A stretch of 64,000 nucleotides of DNA from Squalus acanthias. Taxonomy: Eukaryota. Each line of letters opens with the position of its first letter. Position 1 is the stretch's first letter. The position numbers were made by a program, and so were the translations under genes. This document shows positions 26,585 through 39,371 of this stretch, piece by piece. The stretch covers positions 72,604,001-72,668,000 of the forward strand of contig CM059432.1 of assembly GCA_030390025.1 (NCBI GenBank), written 5' to 3'. The notes under the pieces were generated by a model, which searched no databases, was not told the DNA's origin, and saw nothing but the letters and a program-made list of their open reading frames with translations.

Positions 26585-28203
26585 TTTCAATCATGCACCC
26601 AGCCTTTATTTAAACACGCACAATTTTTGGGCACAGAAATGTAAATCAGTCACACTATATTTACTATTTACAGAAGAAATCATTACAAGTCTCAAGTATT
26701 CTGCATCGTTCTGTGTTTTTTTTTTAATACCAATGCTACAGCTACTGACCAATGTACTTTAACAGACAGGATACAATAAAAGGGATACCTCCACTCACTT
26801 GACCTTAATCTGCAAGAACAGTCAATCTGTCAAATCCACAAAAGCAAAAGGTACCAAATGTAGTAACATTCTGAAGTGATGAGGCAACATGAATCAAGCT
26901 GGCTAATTACAAGTGCTATATGTGTTACTCTAAGACACAGAGCTCAATAATTGCTGACCAGTTTGATACTAGACAAAAAGAATGCATGACTTTTGTCTCA
27001 ATCACAATATAGTTACTTAAATGGGACTTTGAGCACTAGAATCACAGCAGTGAAAGAACGCCTTTTAACGTTCTTTCTAAACCTACAACACATAGTTGCT
27101 CTTAAATCTGAAGCTACAATGTCAAGCCAGCACCTAAAGAGAAATAAAATCTAGTGTTCAAGTTGTTTCTTTCATTACATGACTCACACTTCTCTCCATT
27201 AATCATGATGAATAATTTGTTTTCGTATTCCTCTGACCAAAAAACTCCATGCTAACTTGGAAGCACTTTGGCCACCTGGATTGTCAGGACATATTTTTCC
27301 TGTTTCAGTGATGTAATTGAAGCCTCCTAGCACTTATGTAAAGCTCTGCCTCCACCGCAACAACAGTGAAATCACTTAGAGAAGAAGAATGTCATCACAG
27401 GGAATTGGATGTACTCAGAACCAGGAGCATAAAGATACATCAAGTCAAATTATAACTATTGTAGCAGAGGCCTTGGCAACTCCAACAATCTGAAGAAGCA
27501 ACTGAGGAGTTTAAGAACAATTCAGAGTGAATGCACAGAAAAAAAGTCACATGGAATCAGGACAATACCATTGGCATTTTGTTCCTTTAAGCCCACCTCA
27601 ACAATATTGTAAAAACTCACAATGCTAAAAATATGGGGCAAGTTTGCATAATTTCTTTTTAAAAGGTACTGAAAACACATCTTGAATTGTAGCACACGTA
27701 GAAACTTCCACCCACGCCCACATGCAATTCTAACCTTGTATTATGTTCTAACATGCAAAGCAGCATTCTGGCACATAAAAAAAGATGCATCAGCTTTTTC
27801 AGTGACTTTTTTCCCCCCAATTAAAAAGAATTATTTGTTATAAAAGTCATTTCAGAGAATTTTCCAGGCTTGGTATTTTTGCAAATGGAACAGCACCTCT
27901 TCATTTTTTCTAGAATTAAAACAACAATTTGAAAAATAAAAGTGCCTTTGCTGTTCACTAATTTAGTCTAACAATATAAACTGCTAATTCCTGGTTGCAT
28001 TTAAACACATGATTTTTTTTTCAAACTACTATCTTTAAAAAAGTGTGATAGAAGCTAATTTCACAGATGCAGCTGAATTTTTTACATAGACAAACACAAT
28101 ATTAAACATAAGAATTTGAAGCAAGATATAGCTCTAAATATAATTGACCTGCATCTCACACCAATAACAGTGTGCACTGGTCTTTTATCGACAAACATGT
28201 AAC
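26585..28203 (-). other. Putative terminal exon and ~1.6-kb 3' UTR of an unidentified host gene
   Basis: Acceptor CCATTTTTCAG ending at 28204; AT-rich stretch with no recognisable TE; AATAAA at 26610-26605 followed by a GT-rich element (26578-26555). Confidence 0.5.
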
Positions 28204-28947
28204 CTGAAAAATGGATTGAAAGTGGCAACGACTGATAGAGATTTTTCCAAAAAATACACAATACCAGGGAAGGGAAGCTATTATCAAATCTTCCTGAATA
28301 TCAGTCAACAACCTTTCTAGCACACAAACAACAGATAGTATCATAAGGGGGATAGATAGGGTTCTTTGCAGCCGAGAGCGAGAGTCCCGAAGGTTGTGTT
28401 GCCTGCCCGGTGCCAGGGTTAAGGACATCTCCTCTGTGCTGGAGAGAAACTTGGAGTGGGAGGGGGAGGATCCAGTTGTCGTGGTCCATGTTGGTACCAA
28501 TGACATAGATAGGACAAGGAAAGAGGTTCTGCTGAGGGAGTATGAGCAGCTAGGGGCCAAATTTAAAAGCAGAACCACAAGGGTAATAATCTCTGGATTA
28601 CTACCTGAGCCACGAGCAAATTTGGCTAGGGTAAATAAAATCAGAGAGTTAAATGCGTGGCTCAAAGTCTGGTGTGGGAGAAATGGGTTTTGCTTCTTGG
28701 GACACTGGCAGCAGTACTGGGACAGGAGAGAGCTGTTCCGTTGGGATGGACTTCACTTGGCCAGTGCTGGGACTAGAATCCTGGCGAATCGAATAACTAG
28801 GGCTGTAGAGAGGGCTTTAAACTAATTAGTGGGGGGGAGGTTTCAAGAGAGCGAAGAATAAAAATGTCAGCGGAGAAGGCAATAGAGCAAATTAGCAGTG
28901 GGGAAATTAAAAACCAGAGCGTGTCAGGAAGGGACAGAATATATAAA

Positions 28948-30077
28948 CATAAGAACATAAGAAATAGGAGCAGGAGTAGACCAATCGGCCCCTCGAGTCT
29001 GCTCCGCCATTCAATGAGATCATGGCTGATCTGATCCAACCTCAACTCTAAAGAACACAAGTAGGAGCAGGACCAGGCCACTCGGCCCCTGGGCCCGCTC
29101 CGCCACCCACAGGGCCTTGACCGATCCGAACTCAAACTCATGTCCAATTTCCTGCCCGCTCCCCGTAACCCCTGATTCCCTTTACTTCTAGGAAACGGTC
29201 TATTTCTGTTTTAAATTTATTTAATGAAGTAGCTTCCACAGCTTCCTGGGGTAGCAAATTCCACAGACCCACTACCCTCTGAGTGAAAAAGTTTCTCCTC
29301 ATCTCAGTTTTGAAAGAGCAGCCCCTTATTCTAAGATTATGTCCCCTAGTTCTAGTTTCACCCATCATTGGGAACATCCTCACCGCGTCCACACAATCAA
29401 GCCCCTTCACAATCTTATATGTTTCAATAAGATCGCCTCTCATTCTTCTGAACTCCAATGAGTAGAGTCCCAATCTACTCAACCTCTCCTCGTATGTCCA
29501 CCCCCTCATCCCCGGAATTAACCGAGTGAACCTTCTTTGTACTGCCTCGAGAGCAAGTATGTCTTTTCTTAAGTATGGACACCAAAACTGTATGCAGTAC
29601 TCCAGGTGCGGTCTCACCAATACCCTATACAACTGCAGCAATACCTCCCTGTTTTTATATTCTATCCCCCTAGCAATAAAAGCCAACATTCCATTGGCTT
29701 TCTTGATCACCTGCTGCACCTGCATACTAACTTTCTGATTTTCTTGCACCAAGACCCCCCAGATCCCTTTGTACTGCAGTACTTTCCAGTTTCTCGCCAT
29801 TAAGATAATAACTTGCTCTCTGATTTTTCCTGCCAAAGTGCATAACCTCACATTTTCCAATATTGTATTGCATCTGCCAAATCTCTGCCCACTCACCCAG
29901 CCTGTCTATATCCCCTTGTAGGTTTTTTATGTCCTCCTCACTCTCTACTTTCCCTCCCATCTTTGTATCATCTGCAAACTTTGATATGTTACACTCGGTC
30001 CCCTCCTCCAAATTGTTAATATAGATTGTAAAGAGTTGGGGACCCAGCACCGACCCCTGCGGAACACCACTGGCTAC
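28948..30077 (-). mobile_element. CR1-A 3' fragment nested in CR1-B
   Basis: Highly similar to 5700-6830 including the double tail; TAAA at 28944-47 and 30078-81. Confidence 0.92.
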
Positions 30078-30572
30078 TAAAGATAAAGGTAAAGTAGTAA
30101 AGGGGGTAAAAGCAGGAATAAATTGTCACAAAGCATGTTTAAAAGTAGAGGATACTAAAAATATCCCAACACTGGACAAACGGGGGGCTATAGGGGGGGT
30201 GGAGCTAAACACGATTAAAATCACTAAGGAGATGGTACTCGGTAAGATAATGGGACTTAAGGTGGATAAATCCCCTGGACCTGATGGCTTACATCCTAGG
30301 GTCTTGAGAGAAGCAGCGGTAGGGATTGCGGATGCATTGGTGGTAATTTTCCAAAACTCCCTGGATTCGGGAAAGGTCCCAGCAGATTGGAAAACTGCTA
30401 ATGTAACGCCCTTATTTAAAAAGGGAGGTAGACAAAAGGCTGGAAACTATCGACCAGTTAGCCTAACATCTGTGGTTGGTAAAATGTTGGAGTCCATTAT
30501 TAAGGAAGCAGTAACAGGACATTTGGATAAGCATAATTTAATCGGACAGAGTCAGCATGGTTTTATGAAGGG

Positions 30573-30977
30573 GACATAATCTTAGAATAAGGGGCTGCTC
30601 TTTCAAAACTGAGATGAGGAGAAACTTTTTCACTCAGAGGGTAGTGGGTCTGTGGAATTTGCTACCCCAGGAAGCTGTGGAAGCTACTTCATTAATAAAT
30701 TTAAAACAGAAATAGACCGTTTCCTAGAAGTAAAGGGAATCAGGGGTTACGGGGAGCGGGCTGGAAATTGGACATGAGTTTGAGTTCGGATCGGTCAAGG
30801 CCCTGTGGGTGGCGGAGCGGGCCCAGGGGCCGAGTGGCCTGGTCCTGCTCCTACTTCTTGTGTTCTTTAGAGTTGAGGTTGGATCAGATCAGCCATGATC
30901 TCATTGAATGGCGGAGCAGGCTCGAGGGGCCGATTGGTCTACTCCTGCTTCTATTTCTTATGTTTCTTATGTTTCTT
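30573..30977 (+). mobile_element. CR1-A 3' end nested in the CR1-B RT
   Basis: Interrupts HGFMKG|KSCLT; nearly identical to the reverse complement of 28950-29345. Confidence 0.92.
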
Positions 30978-33316
30978 AAATCATGCTTGACAAATTTGCT
31001 CGAATTCTTTGAGGACGTAACAAACAGGGTGGATAAAGGGGAACCAGTGGATGTGGTATATTTGGACTTCCAAAAGGCATTTGATAAGGTGCCACACAAA
31101 GATTACTGCACAAGATAAAAAATCACGGGATTGGGGGTAATATACTGGCATGGGTAGAAGATTGGCTATCTAACAGAAAACAGAGAGTTGGGATAAATGG
31201 TTCATTCTCGGGTTGGCAATCAGTAACTAGTGGTGTTCCGCAAGGGTCAGTGCTGGGACCCCAACTCTTTAAATCTATATTAACGATTTGGAGGAGGGGA
31301 CCAAGTGCAACGTATCCAAGTTTGCTGACGATACAAAGATGGGAGGAAAAGCAGTGAGTGAGGAGGACATAAAAAACCTGCAAAAGGACATGGACAGGCT
31401 AAGTGAGTGGGCGGAAATTTGGCAGATGGAATATAATGTTGGAAAGTGTGAGGTTATGCACTTTGGCAGAAAAAAATCAAAGAGCAAGTTATTATCTAAA
31501 TGGAAAGAAACTGCAAAGTGCTACAGTACAAAGGGATCTGGAGGTCCTGGTGCATGAAACACAGAAGGTTAGTATGCAGGTACAGCAGGTGATCAGGAAG
31601 GCCAATGGAATCTTGGCTTTTATTGCAAGGGGGATGGAGTATAAAAGCAGGGAAGTCTTGCTTCAGTTATACAAGGTACTGGTGAGGCCACACCTGGAAT
31701 ACTGCGTACAGTTTTGGTTTCCATATTTAAGAAAAGATATACTTGCTCTCGAGGCAGTTCAGAGAAGGTTCACTCGGTTGATTCCGGAGATGAGGGGGTT
31801 GACTTATGAGGAAAGGTTGAGTAGGTTGGGCCTCTACTCATTGGAATTCAGAAGAATGAGAGGCGATCTTATCGAAACAGATAAGATTGTGAGGGGGCTT
31901 GATCGGGTGGAGGCGGGGAGGATGTTTCCACTGATGGGTGAGACTAGAACTAGGGGGCATAATCTTAGAATAAGGGGCTGCCGTTTCAAAACTGAGATGA
32001 GGAGAAACTTCTTCACTCAGAGGGTAGTAAATCTATGGAATTTGCTACCTCAGAGAGCTGTGGAAGCTGCAACATTAAATAAATTTAAAACGGAGATAGA
32101 CAGTTTCCTAGCTGATAAGGGAATTAAGGGTTATGGGGAGCGGGCAGGGAAGTGGACGTGAGTCTAGGTTCGGATCAGCCATGATCCTATTGAATGGCGG
32201 AGCAGGCCCGAGGGGCCATATGGCCTACTCCTGCTCCTACTTCTTATGTTCTTATGTTCTTATAGTGAGTCTGGAAACAAGGGCACCACCACGGTACAGA
32301 ATGTTATAACATCCGCAGGGAACCAAGAACATATGCAAATTCTAAGCGTCTATCCAGTTATTCTAACACCAGTCTGAAAAGACTTTTTTGTCTCAAGTTA
32401 TTTCTTCCAATTCATGATTTCTTACAAGCATTATGTTTATTTTTGGTGACCGAGCGTTCTGGGTGATCTAATTGGTGGATCTCCTGATAGGTCTGCTCCT
32501 GTTCCTGGCAACTTGTGCCATCCAGAGGTCCAGGTGTGGGACCACTAGGTGGGATTCATCCAACTTCCTATCAGGCATAGTTCACACCTGGGTTACCCTT
32601 GACGACCAAAATATCGTGTCTAAAGCTCACTGGATGTCTTCAGTGACAATAGTCACCACATGGAATTTTTGTTTTGATTTTCCTTGGTGTTGTTGTTCAT
32701 CAAATCTTTATTATTTTAGATTTTTTGTTCTTCAAACTATTTTGGGTGGACGACCCTTTCTGAAATTTTCATGGCGTCAGACCTTATGGGGGGGCATTTG
32801 TTAAATCCTGATAATGTTGGGCTTACGTAAATTCCACAGTTCCCATGGGCCCATGTTAAAATAGAGCCTTTTAATGTAATACATATGTTTACTAGTACCC
32901 TTCATTTTTCCACATTAAAATCCAGATGTCATATCTCAGCCAATCTATTAGCTGAAGATAGTCAAGTGCCTTTCTATAATTAACTGCCCACAGAGCTTTG
33001 TTTCATGGGCAAATTTAATAACAGTTAATTTCCAATTTAATTTAATAAAGGAAAACCAGCTACAGGCCAACTAAAAGAGGGAAAGCTGTGTGTTTGATGA
33101 AGGCAGGATAGACAATCCATAAATGTGTTCTACCAGCCTGGAATAGTAAAAAGCAAGGTCATATCTCTGATTTCCCATGAGTTTCTATATTGATTGCACT
33201 GCCTGGGGCAAGCAATAAACACCACATATCTCCACAAGGAAAAAGTAAAATCGGAGAACAACCCACTCAGCCTGCTGTCTTCACTTCCAGATTCATCACA
33301 GCATAAGTTTACTTAC

Positions 33317-33354
33317 CTTCTCAGTTGGGTTAATAATGCTCTGCATGAAGGGAT
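33317..33354 (-). CDS. Putative 38-nt internal host exon
   Basis: Long polypyrimidine tract plus AG acceptor and AAG|GTAAGT donor; open as DPFMQSIINPTEK or IPSCRALLTQLR. Confidence 0.55.
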
Positions 33355-33462
33355 CTTTAAAGGGGGAAAAAGTAAAAAAAGTGAAATAAAACCTATGGAC
33401 TTTACAGCTTTAAGGAAAAGATTACTAGTTAAGTATTATTATTAGAAATTAGGTTATTTGAT

Positions 33463-33800
33463 AGTCCCTCAGTGGCTTATTTTGTGAGTACTTTTGCTAC
33501 GCAGACCGAAAGAGTTCTAAGTTTGATTCCTGGTCTGTTATGAGTTAACTGATCTTAGCTGAGGTAATAGTAACAGCTGAGGCACTGAAATTGGCCTTGG
33601 GTGCTCCTAGATTAGGAAGAGGAAAATCACCCAGGGTGACCACTCTAAATCATTATCTAGCAACCTGTGCTGGAAGTGTGTGTGTGTATTGCCCCTTGGC
33701 TGTGATGCTGCCTATAGTTGGATAGCCTGCTGGTTCTCACTGTCAAGGCTCACATTTGAATAATGGCCATTTTGATGAGACACCCTCTGGTACCTCACCC
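33463..33800 (+). mobile_element. Old tRNA-derived SINE-like repeat (family not identified)
   Basis: Degenerate A/B-box-like head (AGTGGCTTA...GTTTGATTCC). Confidence 0.4.
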
Positions 33801-34067
33801 AAATGGCTATTATTCAGAAAGGCCACAGACTGGCTTCTGTGAGAAATTAAATTTAGCACTGGTTCAGAAGGGGATTAAGAAACATTTGTACACCATACAT
33901 AAACAATATAAAGAAGGTACTTGCCGTAATATTATTGCAGTTTAGACATGAAAATTGATCTTTTATTGAGGTACTCTCTTGTACTGTTGTTTTCTGATGA
34001 CACTAAGGTATGTGGCTAGTGCAAGGGGGTATATAAAGGAATATAGACAAGTAACAGGCAGATAGGC

Positions 34068-34447
34068 TTTTTTTTATTCATTCACAGGCGTCACTGGCAA
34101 GGCCAGCATTTATTGCCCATCCCTATTTACCTTCGAGAAGGTGGTGGTGAGCCGCCTTCTTGAATAAGCCGCTTGCTTGGCCATTTCAGAGGGCAGTTAA
34201 GAGTCAACCACATTTCAATGGGTCTGGACGGCAGATTTCCTTCCCTAAAGGACATTAGTGATCCAGATGGGTTTTTACATCAATCTGATAGTTTCATGGT
34301 CACCATTACTGATACGAGTTTTTAAATCTAGATTTATTTAATTGAATTTAAATTCCCCAGCTGCTGTGGTGGGATTATGAGCTCATGTCGCTGGATCATT
34401 AGTCCAGGCCTCTGGATTACTAGACCAGTAATATAACCACTATGCTA
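34068..34447 (-). mobile_element. tRNA-derived SINE carrying the LINE-A 3' tail
   Basis: Head TAGCATAGTGGTTA...; last ~95 nt match LINE-A 1594-1695. Confidence 0.85.
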
Positions 34448-35101
34448 AGCAGTGTTGTTAAGTTTAGGTTCTAATTAACTCATGAGACGTCAGTTCAACA
34501 CATTATTTTATTAGCCAAAATCCATGTAAACTCAGTTAGACACAACATTAATAGACAGTTAGCAAGAGTCTATCAGACCTATTCTAATACACACCATAAT
34601 TAAGCAGTTGACTACATACTCACACTTTGAACACTCAGCCAGGTTCGGATGCTGTCTCCCATTCTCCCGAAGTGACATATAGCAAGACCTTTCCCCCCCC
34701 CCCCTCTTTATAGTAATTTCATTGGCCATATATGGCCCTACTTGTGACTTTTACAATTCACTTAACTTGAAGGGGGAGAAATTCATTGTAGCCCAGGAAT
34801 GGGCGGTAACTTTTGAAAAGTTTGATAATTAGTGCCAGATGCTAATGCTTCAGACTGCATGCAACATTAAGTCTCATTGCACAAAGAAAGGAGTGGAGCG
34901 CTAAATCAAGCGCTAATGGCCTAGCTCAGTGGTGTTAAACTTGAAGCGCTGACCAATATCAGGTGCAGTCTAATCACAAGTCATCATTGCCACAGACTCT
35001 TTCCAGTTCTTAGAGGGGAGGTTCATTGATGCTGCAGAACTTCATTCTCAGCCGGCAGCAGCAGGTCAATGAGAAGGAGCCAGATGACTCAAGCAGCCAT
35101 A

Positions 35102-36974
35102 ATGATGGCAGATCCACGCCCCAGGGAGAGAGCGCACAGATTCTGCAACCATGCATTGGAGGCATTGGTATTCGCAGTGGAAAGACGGAGGGTGGAGACC
35201 ATTGCCACAAGTCTTCCGCACCACGTGGAGGGAGGTTGCCCAGCACGTCTCGGGCAGCACTGTGGTCCCCAGGACTCACACTCAGTGCAGGAAGGAATTT
35301 AACGAGCTCACTCGGGTGGTCAGGGTGAGTCAATGCTTCAACAAATGCTACAATCCACCATCTGAACCACAGTCTGCCCACACTGCCCAAAGCACCACAC
35401 CCCCAGTACTCACCCACCAACAATCTCCACCTACCAACACTCACACCCACATCTCACACCTTGCACACAATGACAGCTATTCAACTATGACACGCACATC
35501 ACCCAGACACATTGCTCCACACTCACTCACACACTTTCCTTTTTCTTGCAGGCCAAGGTGGCTCACAACAGGTGGGAACAGGAGTGCACAGGCGGAGGAC
35601 AAGCCGACACCCAACCACTGTCCGCGCTGGAAAATCGAGTGCTGCAGATTATAGGGTGCCAGTTGGTGGGTGCCGTGGCCACCGGCGACGTTGACCCCCT
35701 TGAGGACAACAACGGTATGTTCATCCCTATTCCTTCTTCTCACATCCCACTTCCCCCTCACCCCACAAGCATTTTGCACTTTCCAGCTAATCATGCTGCA
35801 TGCTTGCATTTTGCTTTTCCTGCCCCCTCCCCTCACCTTAACCTAAATCTTGTGCCTTTATGCTTTCAGATAATGAACAAGCACCTGAGCAGCCTGTCCC
35901 TGAGGGTACTGTTGAGAGCGAGGTGGGAGAAGAGGAGGAGGAAGAAGACACTGCGTCACTGCATGTCTCACCCGCAGGCACCAGCTCAGATACTGGCACT
36001 ACGTGTTCTTTAGAGGCTAGTATAGTAGCGCGATCTGCACAGGGTGAGGCACTGGGGATGAGCGGGCTGCAGTAAGGCCAGGGGGAAAGGGTAGCTCGGG
36101 AGCCAGCTCCCCGGAGGGCGAGTTCTGCTGCACAGGACTCAGATGAGGACCTCGATGGGGAGGCCTTTAGAAGAAGGGTGATGGGCATGCACACGGAGAT
36201 GATAGGTGCAATGGCAAGGGTGCCTGAGAGCCTCTTGGCTGTAGTAAGGAGCTTGGAGGAGTCTGCCTCCAACATTGTACAGAGCTCTGTGCACACCATG
36301 GAGCCCATCATTTCCAGTCTGCAAAGGATGGTAGACTCCCAGAGAAACCGTGGCGACACAGACCTGATGCCGCATGTGATGGGCGATCTGGCAGCTTCCA
36401 TTGCAGCACAGGCGGAAGCGACACAACGTCTTAGTGCTGTAATGCAGTCTATGGTTGGTGGCATTCAATCTCAGACTGCTCTCATGCAGTCTCAGCTTGA
36501 TGCCACGTAAGCTCTGACTGCTGCCATCGTGGCTGGGTCTATCACCATCGACCGGACTTTCACGGTGCCGCAGCAGGTCAGCAATCTGTGCTGCAACAGA
36601 TTGCTAGGGATGCTGAGGTGCTGTCCCGGGGCAGTGGCAGTGGGTCAGTGGAGCAGGAAGCTGCTGCCCTCTCTCAGGATGACAGCATTCCTGCTCCCAC
36701 CACTGGCACTCCGCCATTGCCCTTGTCACTGCCTGTCATCCAGCCAGCCCAGACTGCTGTCGTCCATGCTGAGGTGGTGCAGTCTACAGCCAGGCCTTCG
36801 AGGCCTAGAGCTGGTCAAGGGCATCCTGCAAGGCCATCTGAAGTCTCCCGCACGGACACTCTGCAGCCTTCCACCAGCCCTGCTGCAGCCACTGGGCCTA
36901 CACTTCGTAGGAGCACTAGAGTAGGCAAAGGCACAGTAACAAGAGGCACTAATGGATTGCGCAAGGATGAATAG
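35102..36974 (+). pseudogene. Harbinger Myb/SANT (trihelix) DNA-binding protein, 3 exons (35102-35324, 35552-35714, 35870-36974)
   Basis: RERAHRF..ALEAL, WREVA...RTHTQCRKEFNEL, TGGG; phase-consistent GT-AG introns; stops and frameshifts. Confidence 0.85.
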
Positions 36975-37137
36975 GTAATAATGTTGCTGTAAATATGTGT
37001 TCACTGATTATTGATAAATTTATTAATTCAGTTTGGATTATTTTGTGATGTCTCTCATTTCAGCTTTGTGCTGTGATATGGCCTGTGACAGGGATGGAAT
37101 GATGGGGATGTGGTGAGCAACGGGATCTGGGTTTAAT

Positions 37138-38327
37138 TTATTGGAACCGCAGTCTGATGAGGCGGTCACGGACTGCTCTTCCGGAAGGCCATTTGAGTGG
37201 CTGCCTCCTCCCTCGCACCTGTTCCTCCTCCTCCTCCTCGTCTTCCTCGTCCTCCTCCTCGTTTTCCTCTTCCTCCTCATTCTCCTTCTCCTCTCCCTCT
37301 TCCTCCTCCTGAGGTGGACCCGCAATCCCTGGTGGCAATGGCTGGGCCCTCATGATGGCCAAGTTGTGGAGCATGCAGTAGACGACGACGAAATGAGACA
37401 CCCGCTCAGCCAAGTACTGGATGGCTCCTCCCGAGCAGTCAAAGCAGCGGAACCAATGCTTGAGCTCCCCAATGGTCTGCTCGATGATGTTCCTGGTGGC
37501 GGCATGGCTCTCATTATATGAGTGCTGGGCAGGAGTGTTGGGGTTGTGGAGGGGAGTCATGAGCCAGGTGGAGAGCGGATAGCCCTTGACTCCGACCAGC
37601 CAGCCGCGAGTTTGACATGGTGGCTGGAAGAGTGCTGGAACACCAGTCTGGCACAGGATGAAGGCATCGTGGCTGCAGCCAGGATGGCGGGCATTCACAT
37701 TGAGGATTCACTGTCTGTGGTTGCACACCAACTGCACATTAAGTGAGTGGTAGCCTTTGTGGTTACGGAAGATCTCAGGATTGTTATGCAGTGCCCGCAA
37801 AGCCATGTGGGTGCAGTCAATGGCGCCCTCCACCATGGGGAATCCTGCTATCCTGGCAAAGCCACATGCACATTCGTCCTGCTTCTCTCTGGTGATGGGG
37901 AACAAAATGTTGTCCCTTCTCCTACTGTAGAGAGCCTCTGTGACCTCCCGGATGCAGCGATGGATGGCGAACTGCAAGATGTTAGATATAACTCCTGTTG
38001 CAGACTGGCGAAGAAATTGAGGGTGATGGTGACCTTGACTGCCACTGAGAGAGCCGTGGTCACTCTGATCTGAGGCTGGAGGTCTGGTTGCAGGATGTGG
38101 CAGAGCTCTGTGACCACCTCCTTGCTGAAGCAGCTCCTTCTAATACATTGCTCCTCGCTTAATTGGAGGTAGAAGTGCTCTCGGAATATTCTTGGAGGGT
38201 AAGGCCTCCTGTTGAGAGCCCTGATGGCTCTCCTCCCTCTGGGCACATGTTCCAGTCTTTCTCGCTGCCTCCGCTCCCTCCACCGTAGATCCTGGAGGGC
38301 GAGGTTGACTGCCAGTACAGCCCCCAT
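37138..38327 (-). pseudogene. Harbinger DDE transposase (HARBI1-like)
   Basis: GAIDCTH, KGYHSLNVQ, GCSHDAFIL, LVGVKGYPL (D to V), IIEQTIG, LHN; frameshifts; acidic poly-E C-terminus. Confidence 0.9.
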
Positions 38328-38929
38328 TAATGTAACCAAGTGTAGCACTTTGATATGTTGAGAGAATAAATGTAACTAATTGTTAGTAGCCACCACACTC
38401 GGGGGTGAAGCGCTAAGGCAGGGGGCGACAATGAATTTTGCAGATCGGGTGCCCAGTGAGCGTTGCAGGCACTGAGGGCCCCGGCGGTAACTCGTAGCGG
38501 TGGTGCTACGGGGGGGGCTGGATTTGGCGTGCGTCGCTGGATTTGCCTCGCCCTGGCACGACTGCATCAGCGCCCCGTTAGCGCCCCTGCCAGGTGCTAA
38601 CTAGAGGCGCTAGCCAACTGAATTTTTCCCCCATAAAGTTTTAGCTTGCGAGTTTTAGATCATTGAGTTTAACTTCATTAGGTCATTGAACAGATTGCTG
38701 AACCATAGGAGCCTCATCCTTATCAAATCCTGTTTCATTGTCTAAAAATATCATTTTAGACAGTGGTCAACCACTATCCATTACACATGTCTCTTCCAAA
38801 ATACCTTTATGTTTTGCTTAAGGTGTATTATCTTGAGGCTAGATGTTTTTAATGGCTACGTGCAGAAGCGCACACTGCTTTCATAGGCTAGCGATTTTTA
38901 CCCGTATTATTACACTTTATCCTACCCAT

Positions 38930-39040
38930 AATTCCTACATTACAACAGTAACTACACTTCAAAAGTACTTCATGGGCTATAAAGCGCTTTAGGTCGTCCT
39001 GAGGTTGTGAAAGGTGAGATATAAATGCAAGTCTTTTTTT
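38930..39040 (+). mobile_element. DeuSINE 3' fragment
   Basis: Matches the reverse complement of 20580-20690. Confidence 0.7.
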
Positions 39041-39371
39041 AATGCTTGCATTAGCCGTTTTGCTATGATTACATAGAAAAGCTGCAAAAGCAAATATATA
39101 TTCTCCAACAGGTGTCAACTGGAATTTAATGTGAATAAGTGTAAAGTAACATACATTAGTAAAGGAAACTAAATGTATACTTAGTCCACCTGCAAAGGTG
39201 AACAGGAAAAAGACTAGGGTACTAAAAAGACCAGGAAACTAGTAGTCCCATTGTTTGTCTGGCATGCATGTAATACACATTTTCGCACAACTGATACATC
39301 ATTCTCCTCATATAAAACAGAGAAATAATAAGAACAACTGAGCAAGAATGATCAACATATATGCAGGATGT

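Larger units (their letters stand above)
28335..32262 (+). mobile_element. CR1 LINE (CR1-B): partial ORF1, APE-deleted ORF2, two nested CR1-A inserts
   Basis: Esterase ORF1 to 28825; ORF2 jumps from the APE start to VEDT near 30146; RT at 30199-32161; tail to about 32260. Confidence 0.9.
34772..38632. mobile_element. PIF/Harbinger transposon, near complete but decayed (Harbinger-1)
   Basis: TIRs GGGGGAGAAATTCA / TGAATTTTTCCCCC; convergent Myb and transposase genes; TSD not cleanly preserved. Confidence 0.92.

Noticed and set aside
32280..32800. Decayed Gypsy integrase end on the minus strand
   Set aside because: Only a faint RRS..P motif; insufficient
37138..38327. Domesticated HARBI1 or NAIF1 host gene (also 59012-60249)
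   Set aside because: TIR-flanked, with frameshifts and stops, and one conserved catalytic-motif Asp altered
34453..38912. Solo LTR hosting Harbinger-1
   Set aside because: TG...CA candidates lack a matching TSD
39050..39340. Minus-strand acceptor-like sites as extra host exons
   Set aside because: Mostly a very old plus-strand CR1 remnant (QLEFNVNKCKV); no good donor
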